DNA from: Cyanophora paradoxa CCMP329
Taxonomy: Eukaryota > Plantae > Glaucophyta
NCBI GenBank assembly: GCA_004431415.1
Contig: QPMI01000083.1
Coordinates: 1 to 64,000, forward strand
Direction: 5' to 3'
DNA length: 64,000 bases
Part shown: in pieces, positions 1 through 12,299 of the stretch
How positions within the stretch are numbered: the first letter of the stretch is position 1
Layout of the letters: the number at the start of each line of letters is the position of its first letter
Notes under the pieces: model-generated
What the model was told of the DNA's origin: nothing
Databases searched by the model: none
Seen by the model: only the letters and a program-made list of their open reading frames with translations
Made by a program: the position numbers and the translations under genes

Positions 1-1590
1 TCGGGGCGGCGCTGGAGGCGTCGAAGCCCAAGCTGACGCGCGCCGGCGGCCCGCAGGAGCGCTTGCGGGCGCTGAGGCGCGTGGGGCAGGCCCCGGGCGT
101 TAATATTATTCCGGCCCCGCTCGCCGGCGCGCGGGCCGCGGGGTTCAGGCATCGACCGGAGCCGGGACAGGTGCGGACGGCGCCCCCAGTGATTAGCTAT
201 AGCATAGTTTTCGTTGCTTACGCCCCACCTAAAATTGCTACAGGCCGGACGCGCACATTCGGCCGAGGCGGATGGCTTCCGCAGCGCTGGCCCGCAAACG
301 GTGCGAATACTAATACCTCGTTCCTAGGCTCCCGGTTCCCGCCCCCTGCGCCCTCCGAAAGATGCGACTCCAACTCCGGCGCGGCCGACAGCTGCAGCTC
401 TCGGGGGAGCGCGCCTACGGATCCAGCCTCTCGTTTGAGGGCGCTCTCTCCGGCGGTGCATTCTTTCTAAACATTGAACCTGCAGCCGGGGCCCGCCCGG
501 CCCGACCCGGCATCGACCCGGCGCGCGTGCGCATGCAGGGGCGTCGGCGCCGGCGAACGTGTGCGCCTCCTGCAGCCGCCGGGTGCGTCCTGCACTGCGG
601 CAGCCACCGCGAGAGATGAGATCTAGAGCCGCTATGAGAGCGACCATGGTCAGATCTAGAGCCGCCGGCCGCGCGCTAGGAGCTTTCAAATTTACCACCG
701 CCGATCTAGTGGCCCTTCTAGAACGCGCCTCTAGATCGGAGCTTTCGATCAAATAGGTCCTTGCTTCGCCTCTAGAAGATCCGATCTGACCACCGCCTCG
801 TCTGTCTGCAGTGCCGATCGCGCGGCGGGGAGCTCGAGGCGGCCAGCTCGAACTCGAAGGACGGGGCGGCGGCGGCCACCGCCGGGGCCGGCTCCGGACC
901 GCAGCGCTTGAGCTCGCGCCAGGTGCGCGCCTGTGGGCACAGTCGCGCGCTCTGGAGGAGGGCAGCGCGCCTCGCGCGCGCCTCGGCGCGGGTTTCCGGA
1001 TCTAAATCTCTCGGACCCCTACCCCTAACCCGAAGTCACGCGTGCTCCATCTAAAGCAGGGCGTCGTGCCTTGCGCCTCCCGGATCCCGGATTTAGACCC
1101 CCCGCCCCTCCTCCCCTACCTCCGGCTCGGGGCGGCGCCGGCGCCGGGCGCTAAGCGGGCGGCAGCGGATGCTGGAGGGCTCCCGCCTCGTCCACGAGCG
1201 CCTCGCCTCCATCGGTGCGTTGTAATTAACGTTTCAGACGATAGAAGTCTTCAGTTGCTGCAAATGAGATATTCGAGCTTGCGGATGGCTTTCTAATGAG
1301 TTTGGTCCTCCTTAAAGCCTATATATTTGTAATTGCGGAATAATCTCTATGGAATTCGCTCCTTTTTGCTGCAGAGCGGTCGCTGGAGCTCCTGGCGTCC
1401 GCTTCGGCCGCGCGCTCGGCCTTCCCGGCAGGACACGCGCACGCGGGGGGTGCCACGCCGCATCTCCTCCCCCGCCCGCGCCCCGCGGTACGCTCTATAT
1501 TCTGCGCTCTGCTTTTGGCCCTAAACGTGAAATTGCCTTGCTTTGCTCGGTTGCCTGCGCAGAGAGCCCTGGATCATGTTCAAGGCACTA
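1..1590 (+). other. Possible 3' part of an unidentified spliced gene
   Basis: GC-rich exon-like blocks bounded by AG/GT (e.g. cag|gcc ~243, g|gtgcga ~301, ctag|gct ~328, cag|tgc ~811). No recognisable domain. Confidence 0.25.
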
Positions 1591-2570
1591 ACGTTGACGC
1601 CGCCGCCCAGCGCCGGCTGGTTCTGTGAAGACGCAGGGGGTGCAATGATAATTTGAACTGTATGATGATAAAAATATCGATATATATGATATATAATTTG
1701 ATAATATGATAATATATCGATATCATGATCATATGATATCATTAGAATATTTCTCGATACGCCTTGATGCCAGCCAAACCAGCACTCCGGATCCGGCATG
1801 CGCATGCGCATCAAGAGGAAGGAGGGAAGGATGGTGAACGGGCCGGGGAGAAAGCCCGAGGCAGGAAAGGAGGGGGCGGAGGAGGAGGCTGTTCCCGGAG
1901 GACCGGGCGAGGGAGGCTAGGAGGTTGTAATTAATACAAGGACGGACTTGGGAGCAAGGGAAGAGCGCAGGTCTTGGAGGTGGTGCGCATGCGTTAACGT
2001 TGACCTTCAGAGGGGAGTTTCAGAGGGGAGCCGTCGACCTTCATGATCATCGGATCAGGCAAGAGACAGAAAATAATTGAAGAATAAGAGACGTCGACAG
2101 ATAATAATTGAAGAAAAGGGGAGATTATAGCTAGGGGACTCTGCAGCTTGAATTCGAACTCCGTCCGTTATTTTGCGGCCGTTGTTTGCTGATCACTATC
2201 AACCGCAAACTGAAGCAAGTCCGTGGCCTGCCCTCGCAAAAGCGGTCATTCGCGATCGGCTGGATTGGTCGGCTGCGGCTGGACGCGGTGCCACGGTGCG
2301 TCTAATTTGCCTCGACGCGCCTCGACGGCTTATCCAGCCTGGAGTCTGTATACGTTCGTATACCAAGCGTACTCTCGCAAACAATTTCTCTGCGCTCTCT
2401 TTCTCGGTGCGAGCTTGATCATCGACTTCTTATAATCACGGGCACCTCGTGCTCGGGCGAAGCGAGCGCGGACGGCGGCACAGGCGAACGCGAATGCGGA
2501 CGTCGACGTCGACAGCGAGCTCGAGCTCGATCCCGAGCCGGCGCCAGATATCGATTCACGTGCACCGAAC

Positions 2571-4891
2571 ATGCCGGACGAGATAATTGCGCGCGTCATG
2601 TCTTTCGTCGGTCTAGATTCGGCCGTGGATCTTAGGACCGTCTGCCGGCAGTGGCGCCGCGCGTTCAAAACTGTCCTCTGGGAGCGGCTCGAAACCGACG
2701 TCAAGGACCCGAAGCAGTTGCAAGTGCTGACGAGGCTTCTACAGTCCGGGCAGCTGCGGCTGGACCCCGGAATCAACCCATGGCCATCCGTCAAGCTCCA
2801 GCTCAAAGTTCCTGTTCCGGAAGACGTGGAAGATATCTGTGAGGAAAGTGCACATGTGCGTCAGAAGCTGCGGCGGCAAACAATGAACCAGCTTGCGGCG
2901 TCCGTCGCGTTTCTCGCCAAGTGCACGAAAACGGCCGCAGTGAGTGCCCGGCAGCGAATGCAGCAGAGCTCGAGCTCTTCCTCCCCGATCGCTGGCATCC
3001 GCAGCCTACATGTACACCTGCACCTCAAGAGCAATGAGCCTTTTCTCTCCCGCACCATCACATCTGATCTTCTCTTGGGAGCGCTGCAAGCTGCGGACCA
3101 GCCACTAGCAGAGCTCGATCTCGACATTGATGATACAAATAACGGAGAATACGACCTCTGGTGTCCATCCCCTGAGGAGCTGCAGCCGGCGCTACTGCCG
3201 TTCCAGAATTTGCACACTTTCTCACTTTTTACGTCTTCATGCTTGGCTCCGTGCATTTTGACTCGTCCCGCGGCTGCAGCCATTGTGCAATGCTGTCCAC
3301 TCCTTCGATCTGTTAGTTTCCATCCGGAGGATGGCGCATCTGTCGCAGCCCTGGCGCCCCTTGCTTCTCTTGAGAAGGTAACTCTGACAGCGTATGTGTC
3401 GGAACTCCTTGAGGGAGGTGAGCCGTGCAACATTTCCGGTCATCGCCCATGTCCAGTCGCGAGCGATGATATCGATATCGATGCTTCGCGATCGAATCAT
3501 GATTCGTGTTGAATCTGCAGATTACGTTCTGAATCGTGTTGAATCTGCAGATTACGATCAAGAACACGACCTGGATATCCGCGGGGGCCCTGAAGCACTC
3601 GGAGCTGGCCTCGCCGGCCGGTCTATTCGAATCGTCCGGTTGCAGCGGTGCGAGCCTGCCCCTTTCATAATCTTGCTTCCGGTCATGATCAATTACGATA
3701 TATGGTTTTCAGTAAATCGCTTATTTTGGGTGCGGACGTCCGAGGATTCGGCTCCATGTCAGAAATTGTCGAACTTCAGAATCTGAAGGTGCTTTGATTT
3801 CTAATATATACTAAGAAATTTAATTCACCGTCGATCGATCCCAATCGCAATCGATATGTGCTGGTGTCTAGAGACTGGCCGGTAATTCACCAAAAACAAA
3901 AATATTAATCGATATTGATTGCTCAGTTCAGATTGATGAAAACCAGTCCCCGATCGCGCGAGCGGACGCTGCAGCGCTGAGCGGCGCGAGGAGCTTGCGA
4001 AGACTCGAGGCCGAAGTCTATTCTGCCGCGGGCGCGGGCGCTGCTGCCGGAGACTTCCTGCTCGGTATTGCTGACGCTGTGCGTGAATTCTCGGATTCAG
4101 GCTGGAACCCGCCAACGCTAGAAATTGAAGTTCACGGTGCGTTACTAAGTTACACTAAGCTTAAGTTACGCGGTGCATGACTCGACGTGACGTGCATTGT
4201 ATCGCAAATTGTGCAGGCAAGTCTCCCAACCCCAGTGAGGATACGATCAAGCACTTCATTTCTCGGACCTGGCGAGTGCTCCACTCGTGAAATAGTAACA
4301 TATTGCAGCAGTGATATACTGTCCAATTCCTTGTAGTCCTGTACCCCTGTACCTCAGTCCACCTGTACCCCTAATACACCATCTTGCCAGCTATCTAGCC
4401 TGGCAATACCTGGCGAGTACTAGTGCTCCACAAATTCGACCTTCAGCTTGAACGGCCTTTCACGTGAGTCACTGAGTGCATCACCCACTTAATCGTGACG
4501 TGATATCTCGCGTTTAACGCAACAGCTGAATATTAATATCGATGTGGATCAGGAAAGGCGAGGTCGACGAGCTGCTTCAATGCGGCAAGATGCTGCAGCT
4601 GCAAAGCCTACGAATCAGCATGCCGATCGAGAAGTTTTCGGACATCTACCCTCTCCAGGTCTCTCTCACGTTTAGTCCAGTCTCCAATTATAATTTATAA
4701 TTATATGTAAATTTCCCGCAAAGCGCAATTTCTCAATTCTCAATGCGCAGGGGTTGGAAAAATTCGAAAAGAAGAAGGGACGTCGATTTCCCTAGCTAGC
4801 GCTCACTGTCGGGGTGCCCCAAGCGCAGGAGGACTGGAAAGCCGAAATTGAGGCCCTACTGAAGATCTGGCTGCCTTTGTGGGATGTCTAA
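2571..4891 (+). pseudogene. F-box protein with RNI/LRR-like C-terminus, multi-exon, probably disrupted
   Basis: F-box motif MPDEIIARVMSFVGLDSAVDLRTVCRQWR and LRR-like segments (FQNLHTFSL, CPLLRSVSF, LASLEKVTL). Downstream exons run to ...LKIWLPLWDV* at 4889-4891. There is an in-frame TAG at 4793-4795 and a solo-LTR-like insert at 4301-4408. Confidence 0.6.
4301..4408. mobile_element. Solo-LTR-like relative of the LTRs at 50042/54659, opposite orientation
   Basis: 108 bp, TATTGCAG...CTGGCAATA. It aligns by eye with the reverse complement of the 110-bp LTR (shared tattgcag, atatactg, cctgtacccc, acctgtacccc, ccagcta, ctggcaa). Confidence 0.7.
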
Positions 4892-5246
4892 AGAGATCTG
4901 CAGCTGAGCATTATTGACCCTCGATCGTCTACGTATGATCATATGAACTTGGAGCAGAAGACGTCGACGTATACTCGGGCTCCGTATTTCTCTTTGCCTT
5001 CTAACGCTGTGAGTGTACATGTACGTATACAGCCATGCATACATATAAATATACTGGCAGTGTTCCTGATAATATATATACGGACTGATTACATTATATA
5101 ATGTTGTCTTTTAAATTTTATGCTGTGATGCACACAGCCATGCAATATATTATGAGGACTAAGGATGCACCTCGTGTAACCTTTTTGTGTGTGCACCTCG
5201 ATCATACATGGCATGACCCGGTACCCTGATCACAAGTTCGTAATCC

Positions 5247-8200
5247 CTACCCCCCGCCCGGCCCCGCCCCGCCCCGCCCCTGCGGGCTGGGCCCCCTCGC
5301 CTCGCGCTCCGCCGCCCTCAGCGCCAGCCGCTCCGCCAGGATCCGGTTCTGCGGCGGCTGAATTCAGATCCGCTCCGGTCCGAGTCAACTCAGATCAGAT
5401 CTGATCTGATGTGAGTCACCTGACGCTCGCGCTCGGCGTCCACAGTCGCACGGAGCGCCGCCACCTGACGGGCGCCGCGAGTCAGATCTAGAGGTGGTGA
5501 GCCCGGGTCGGTGGGCAGCGTGAGCCCGACGGCCTAGGGCGCGGACCGGGGACCCCTCCGTTCCTTCCCTCCCCTCCCCGACCCACCCAACCCCCGCGCC
5601 CCCCCCCCCCCCGCGCGCACCCCTCTCCTCCCCCCCCTCTCCTCCCCCCCCTCCTCCTCCACCCCCCCCGCGCACCTCAGCTGAGAAAGCGTCGAGTATG
5701 GCACGCCGCTGGGCCCCCTCCTGCCGCGCCTGCGGAGGGTACGTGAGGAATTGGTTCGGCTTCGTGGACGGGGGCGGGCAAGGGAGGGAGGGAGGGGGGC
5801 GGGGAGGGAAGGAGAGGGAGGGGTACCTTGACGTACTGGGCGCGCCAGCCGCCGGCCTCGGGCCCGCCCCTGCGCCGCGCGTGCGGCGGATCAGCCTTCT
5901 GTATCGTTCTGTCTTTATTTATATCTAGCCTCCTTGTGCTTCAAACAGTAGCATCACATTTCTGGAGCTGGTACTTAAAAGAAGCAAGCACACGGTGGAG
6001 ACCTATCTATCTATCTTGCGCCGTCGCGATAAAATCCACAACCTAGCCTGGCTTTAAGCTTCTAGTCCGGCCTCGATTGCATTTAGATTCGGTCTTCATC
6101 TGGGCGGGCGCACGCGGGGGACCGGAAGCCATCGCGGGCGTAGACGGCCTCCCACAGGGCGTCCAGCCTATGTCTTTATTTAGATATAGCCTCCTTCTAT
6201 ATCGCTCTGTCTTTATTTGTATCTAGCCTCCTATTATATGTCTAGCCTCCTTGTGCCTGGGCGCACGCGGGGGGCCGGAAGCCGTCGCGGGTGTAGAGGG
6301 CCTCCCAAAGGGCGTCCGACTCCGCCAGCTCCCGCCACCGCCTGCTCCGCCCGCGGGGCGTTCGGAGGTCAGAAGGCGGCGCGTCAGCGCTAGCGTTCGA
6401 GCTTCGCAATCTTTAGAATCTTCTTAAGATCGCCTTTAGTTTTTATAGATCTTCGCGATCTTTATAGATCTTTTATAGATCTTCTTAAGATCGCCTTTAA
6501 TTTTTAATAGATCTTTTATAGAGGTTAAATAAGCTGGAGTCTTTGGATTCTTGCCTGGAGACGGCGGAGGCGGCGGCGAGGTCCTCGGCGGAGAGGCGCG
6601 CCAGGACCGCCGCGACGAGCTCGTCCGGCAGCGCATCGAAGCCGGCACCGGCGGCGGGGGCGCCGGCGCCCTGCGTCGAGATGGGTTAGAAACGGGGGAT
6701 CCGGGACAGGCGCCGGACAGGGAGCCGGCGCCACCACCGGGGCTAGAGCGGAGCGGGAGGAAGGAATTCGAAGGCGTAGAAAAGCGTAAAGAAAGCGGAC
6801 CTCCCTCGAGCCGAGGCGGCGGAGGTCGTCGGCGAGGGCGGCGAGGGGCGCGTCGAAGCCGGCCAGGCCGTGCCGCCGGCACACCTTCGAGAAAAGAAGC
6901 GAGCCGCGTCGCGTGAGCGGGGCGGTCCTCCGACATATGCAGCTAGATAGAATCTATGTAAACGTATTCAGAAGATAAAAGGCGGCGGAGAAGCGAGCCG
7001 CAAGTGAGCTGCATGAGCGGGGCGGACAACCGACACAGCTAGATAGAATTTAAATGACTCCCGCTGGAGAATCGAGGACGAGTCGGCGCCGGCGCTCGTA
7101 CCTCGAGGGCCCAGCGGTACTCGGCGGCGGCGCGGCGGAGGGCGGGGTACACGGCGCGCGGCTCCCCCTCGGGGGCCAGCTGCGGGGCGGGGCGGGGCGG
7201 TCAGGGCGGCGGGAAGGGCTTAGAAAGGATGCTGGCGCTGAGGCTTAAGCCTGAGCTCAGCCCTAAGAAGAAGCGGGGGGAGGGAGGGGAAGGGCGGGCC
7301 TGGAGGTAGAAGCGGACCAGGAGGGAGAGATAGCCGAAGGAGGCTCAGGAGCTAAAAAGCTAGGAAGGTTAGAGACGGGATATTCTATACAGATATTCTA
7401 TTCTATTCTATTCTATTCTATTACAGATAGGACTTGGGGGGGGGGGGGGGGGGAAGGTCCAGGGCAGGAGGGCGGGCCTGGAGGTAGTGGCGGGAAGCGA
7501 CAAGGGGCGGAGAAGTGGGGGGGAAGGGCGGGCCTGAAGGGCCGGAGGTAGATATTCTATTCTTAGCTAAGAAGAGGGGTGGGAGGGAGGGCGGGCCTGC
7601 AGGTAGAGGCGGGCCAGGGCGACCTCTGAGCTTGGAAGCTTCTGCTTCTAGATCTTCTGCTCCGCGAAGAACAGAAGAATCTATATAGACCCCTAAGCTA
7701 AGCTTCTTTTACGGCTTCTAAGGTTCGTTCCAACTTCTTCTAACAGGGCGGAGGGGAAGGGCTGGCCTGGAGGTAGAGGCGGGCCAGGGCGACCCGCGCA
7801 GCCACCGCCCCCTCGTCCACCTGCGGGGAAGGGCGCGTTAGGGCCTGGGAAGAAGCCAAGAAGCTTAGAGCACGTTTAGGCAGAATCGACAAATGAAACG
7901 GCAGAGGGCGGGCCTCGGGGGGCCGCTCGGGGGCCTGCTCCGCCTCCAGCATCTCCCCGCTCCGCACGTAGATCTGGTACTGCGCGGGCGGCGGGTGCAT
8001 CCGTGAGCGAGAGGGGCCGAGGGGCCGAGGGGGCAATTAACCAATATCGGTCTGATTGGATGTAGGACCGATGTGGGGTATGCTATAAGGTGATGTGATA
8101 TTGGAAGGCACCGAACGAGAGCTGGAACCTAATGATCTAGAGCATTCCAGAAATAACTGAAGACTAATGATCTGGAGCATTCTAGAACGGAGAAGGCGGG

Positions 8201-11200
8201 TCGCGGGGCACCTTCTCGATGGCGCGCCAGCGGTAGTCGTCGCGGTCGCGGGGCGCCTCGTCGCCGCAGTCGACGGCGAGCGCCGCGTAGACGCCCCCAA
8301 GCTCCAGCGAGAGGCCCGCCCACGCCGCCATGTACACCGCTGCGGGCCGGGGGCGAAGGGAAGGCGTGAGAAGAAGACGGGGAAGCACAAGAGGAGGCGG
8401 ATGGCAGAATCTCTCAGCTAAGCTCTCTCTTAGCAGGCGTCTTGGATAAGCTCAGACTTTATAAGCTCAAGTTCAGGATGAGATAGGCGTGCATACGCGA
8501 GGAGCCGGGTTAGAAGCCTAGAGCCAGAGCAAATTGGACCGCGCCCCGTCATTTAGGGCACACCGGGGTTGATCTCGGCGAGGATAGGCACGCTAGATAT
8601 GCATCTAAGATTAGGCGCCTTGGAAAAGCTAAGCTGGTGCCTAGGCCTTGGAATCCGAGGCTCAAACAAGCTAGGCTCTAATAAGCAAAGGCAATTGGGT
8701 TTACTTCGGAGAGGAGCGCCCCCACTTCAAATATAGGCGAGAAGCCAAGCTTCGAGCAGGAAATTAAATAATGTAGGCCTCGCTTATTGATATATAATGA
8801 GATTTCTTGGATGAGGTTGAAGCTGAGCTAGGCTATGGCTAGCCCAGGATGCGCTAGGATGCGCTTCGGGCGCACCGATACTATGATACTGTGATCAGCT
8901 AGCGCTTGAAGCTCTTATTTGCTTATTTGCTAATAAGCAAAGGCACCGGGGTTGATCTCGGAGAGGAGCGCCTCCACGCGCCCCGCCCGCTCCTCCTGCG
9001 CTCGGGCTCATGATCAGGGGCGGGGCGGCCGGGGCCGGGCCCGGGGGTAGGCGGGCCGGGGGCTAGTCCTAACAACAAGATCCTAAAATAAAGGTCCTAA
9101 TAACAATGGCCCCTAGAGGGCGCGGCGGGCGTGAAGGTCCTAGTAATCCTAAAGGGCCGGGCGAGCGGGCGGGCGGGCGCGAGGGGGGGTTGGGGGGGAG
9201 GGAGGGGGGGAATGGGGGGGGCTAGTCCTAATATCATCCGGGGGGCTGATAAAGGTCCGGATCCTAGATCCCAGAAGGTCCTAGAGAGCGGCCTGAAAGC
9301 GGCCCAAAGTCCTAATAACGGCACCTAGAGAGCGGCCTGAAGGTTCTAGAGAGAACGTTAACGGCGCCTGGAGGGCGCTAATCCTAACAATAAGATCCAA
9401 ATATTACGGTCCTAATAACAATTAACGGCCCCTAGAGGCACCCAATAATCCTAGAGGGCGGCACCCAATAATCCTGGGTCGGGCCCCCCAGGGGGGGGGG
9501 GGAAGGGGGGCACCTGGAGGGCGCGGCGGGGGCCGGGGTCGGGCTCGAGGGCGGCGAGGGCGCCGAGCAGGCGGCTCGCCTCCCGCACCAGCCCGATGTG
9601 CTCAGATGCGAACCTGGCCCGCCCCGCCCCGGTCCGGTCAGGGGCCGTGGGCTAGTCCTAACAACAAGATCCTGGGGTCCTAGATCCCAGAAGGTACTAA
9701 TAAAAGCGGCCTCAGCCCCGGTCAGGAGATCAGATCCCTGGTTTCCTAGGTTCCTAGCTTTCGTTTAGTTTAGTTTCGTTTCCGGGGATTTTAGGCTCCT
9801 AGTTTCCTAGCTTCGCCAGCCCGATGTGCTCCGACGCGACCCTGCCCTCGGTCAGCCCGGCCCGGCCAGGAGTTCAGATCCCTGGTTTCCTTGGTCAAAC
9901 CTGCCCTCGGTCAGCCCGGCCCCGCTTCAAACCTCAGAGGCCACTTCCTTGGCTAAGCTCGGGCTGGCTCGGGCGGAGGGGGGCCACACGCGCGCGGATT
10001 TTCGTTCCCTAGTTTCCTAGTTTCGTTTTCCTAGTTTCGCTTTCCTAGTTTCGGTCGGTTCGATCGAGGCGCCAGGAGGGAGACCAGGCCCCAATCGAGG
10101 CGCACCCGCTAAGTTCAGTTTCATATTTTCCTAGTTTGGTTGGTTTAACGGAGGCACGGAGGCGTACCCGTCGAGGACGTAGTGGGCCGAGGCCCGCGCG
10201 AGGCAGTCGTGCGCCGCGTCGTGCAGGGCGCGCGCCTGGCGCGCGCCTCTCAGAAAGCGGCGCTGGCCGGAGTCGAACCGGCGCACCTCGGCGACGGTCG
10301 CGGGGGCCGCGGGGGCGATGGGCGCCGTCGAGGCGGTCAGGTCCTCTCCCGCTGGGCCCGCGAGGACGGCGGGCGAGGGCAGCGAGGGCGAAGGCGGCGG
10401 GCTGGCCCGCTGCAGCTGTACCCCCCCTTCCTCCGGGCGCGCGGCGGCCGCCTGCAGCGCCGCGGTGCAGAGCCGGGCGCACGCAACGTCCACCTGAGGA
10501 GGGCGCCCGGCTCAGAAAGAGAAGCGGACCCGGCCGGAATCGAACCCGCGCACGTCGGCGACGACGGAGGGGTCGCAGGACGAGGAGGAGGGGCGGGCGA
10601 GGAGCGCCCGCGCGGCGCGCAGGAGGCGGTCCGCCGGGGCGAGGCGGCCCTGGGGGGTACGTGAACTGCAACACCGGGGTACGCTTGAATCTGGATCGAA
10701 TCGATCTCACCTCGGAGGCGTGGTACTCAGCCATTCGGGCCGCGTTCCGGACCCATTCCTGTCGGGCAGGGGGGGGGGAAGGGATCGGACGGGGTACAAG
10801 GAGGAGCGGGGGAGGGGTGGGGGAAGGGGTACCGTCACGTTGAAGTCGCCGCTGGAGAGCTGACGCTCAAGCGTCGCCTGCAGGGGGGGGAAGGGGTGTG
10901 AGGGATGGGGGGTACAGGAGCGGGCATAGAAGTGACCTGGAGGAAGTGCGAAGCCTGCGGGGCGGTTCAGGGCGCGGGGCGGGGCGGGAGAGGGTACGGG
11001 GTTCCATCGCACCCGCTCGCGATCTCCGAGGTGGGTGTAGACCTGGGCCAGGCTGCGGGCGCGGGTTCGAATCCGGCGGGAAGCGTTTCCGGAACGGGCT
11101 ACCCCGTGCTGGCGGGGCGCACTAGAAGAGGGTGAGGGTGTGGCGCCTCTGGACGGCGGGCTCCCGCTGCGATCCGCCCGCCGCGGAATCGAAGGCGCGC

Positions 11201-11760
11201 TCCGCCTTCTCGAAGTACCCCGCGCTCTGCGATGCGATCAAATCTCTCAAATTTCAAACAGATCAAATTTCTGGGTGAGCGGACCTTCTCGATACAGCGG
11301 CGGCCGTACCAGAGCAGCCCGAGCGTGTTGAAGCAGTCGAGAAGCGGGCCGAGGTGCTCGGAGCGGCCCTCCAGCGCCCTCGCGCCCGCCGAGAGTCGCC
11401 CCTCGACATTGTGCGGCTCTGCGAATTCGAACGAGCGAACGCGCGCGTGCGCGTCAGAGCCACGGTGCCGGAGGGAGAAGGAGCGGAGAGCTCCTAGGCG
11501 AGAGGCGCGCCTTCGGTGCGCCAGTGGTTGAGGCCGAGGCGCGTGTCGAGGAGCCCCAGGGCGACTTCCCGCGGGCCCGAAGGGGCAAGCGCCGCGACCT
11601 TCGCGCGGGCGTCCTCAAGGATGGCCCGCGCTGCGTACTTCTTGCGGAAGAGCTGCGCCGGGTCGTCCTCGGGCTGCTGCTCGAGCTCCCGCGCCTCGGA
11701 GAGCACGCGTTCGAGCGGCCCGCCGAGCGCCCGCTCGAGCTCCCGCTCGCCGGGGTCCAT
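5247..11760 (-). CDS. KIFBP: KIF-binding protein (KBP/KIF1BP family, TPR-like) with a C-terminal F-box, multi-exon
   Basis: Exon peptides match KBP in order: DDPAQLFRKKYAARAIL, RLGLNH, AQVYTHLG, ATLERQL, EWVRNAARMAEY, HYVLDGYAS-EHIGLVREASRLLGALAALEPD, VEALLSEINP, LSLELGGVY, ARVALARLY. These are followed by F-box exons FDALPDELVAAVLARLSAEDLAAASAVS and RWRELAESDALWEALY. Stop at 5247-5249. Confidence 0.8.
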
Positions 11761-12299
11761 CCCGACCCGACGCCGCTGCCGGAGCGCGAAGGCGGGCTAG
11801 AGATGCAGGCCGGAGCGGTCGCGCTTGCGAGAAGTGGTTGGGCGATCCGGGCTGCTGGGCGCGAGGAGTTCGCGCGCTGCAGCGGCCGATCTTAGCTATG
11901 ACGGGGCGCTCTTCTGAGCGTGGAGGCGGCGGCCCGTCGCTCCTGGCCCTGCCAGCTGTGCTTCCTCGTGTACGTCTGGACGCGGCTTGTCCTCGCGCTC
12001 GCACAAGTGCAGAGTGCTGCAAGTGACGCTACTGTTCTGTTGTAGTCCCAGGGCCCGGGCGCCAGAAACTGGCGGCTGGCCAGTTTATGGGGTACGCCTC
12101 ACTCGCCGCTGAAGCCCTCGTTGCAATTGCCGGCGGCTGGGGACTCGCCCGCGAGACGCCGCTGACTCAAGTATCCGCTCAGCTGCTCGGCTGCTCAAAA
12201 CCAGCAGCGCCCAGGTCCATTCTGCCATCCTCGAGCACGAGCAGGTCCGTGCCGCGAGCCCCCGCTGCCCTCTCCGAGCCAGAAACAACGCAGTGACTC

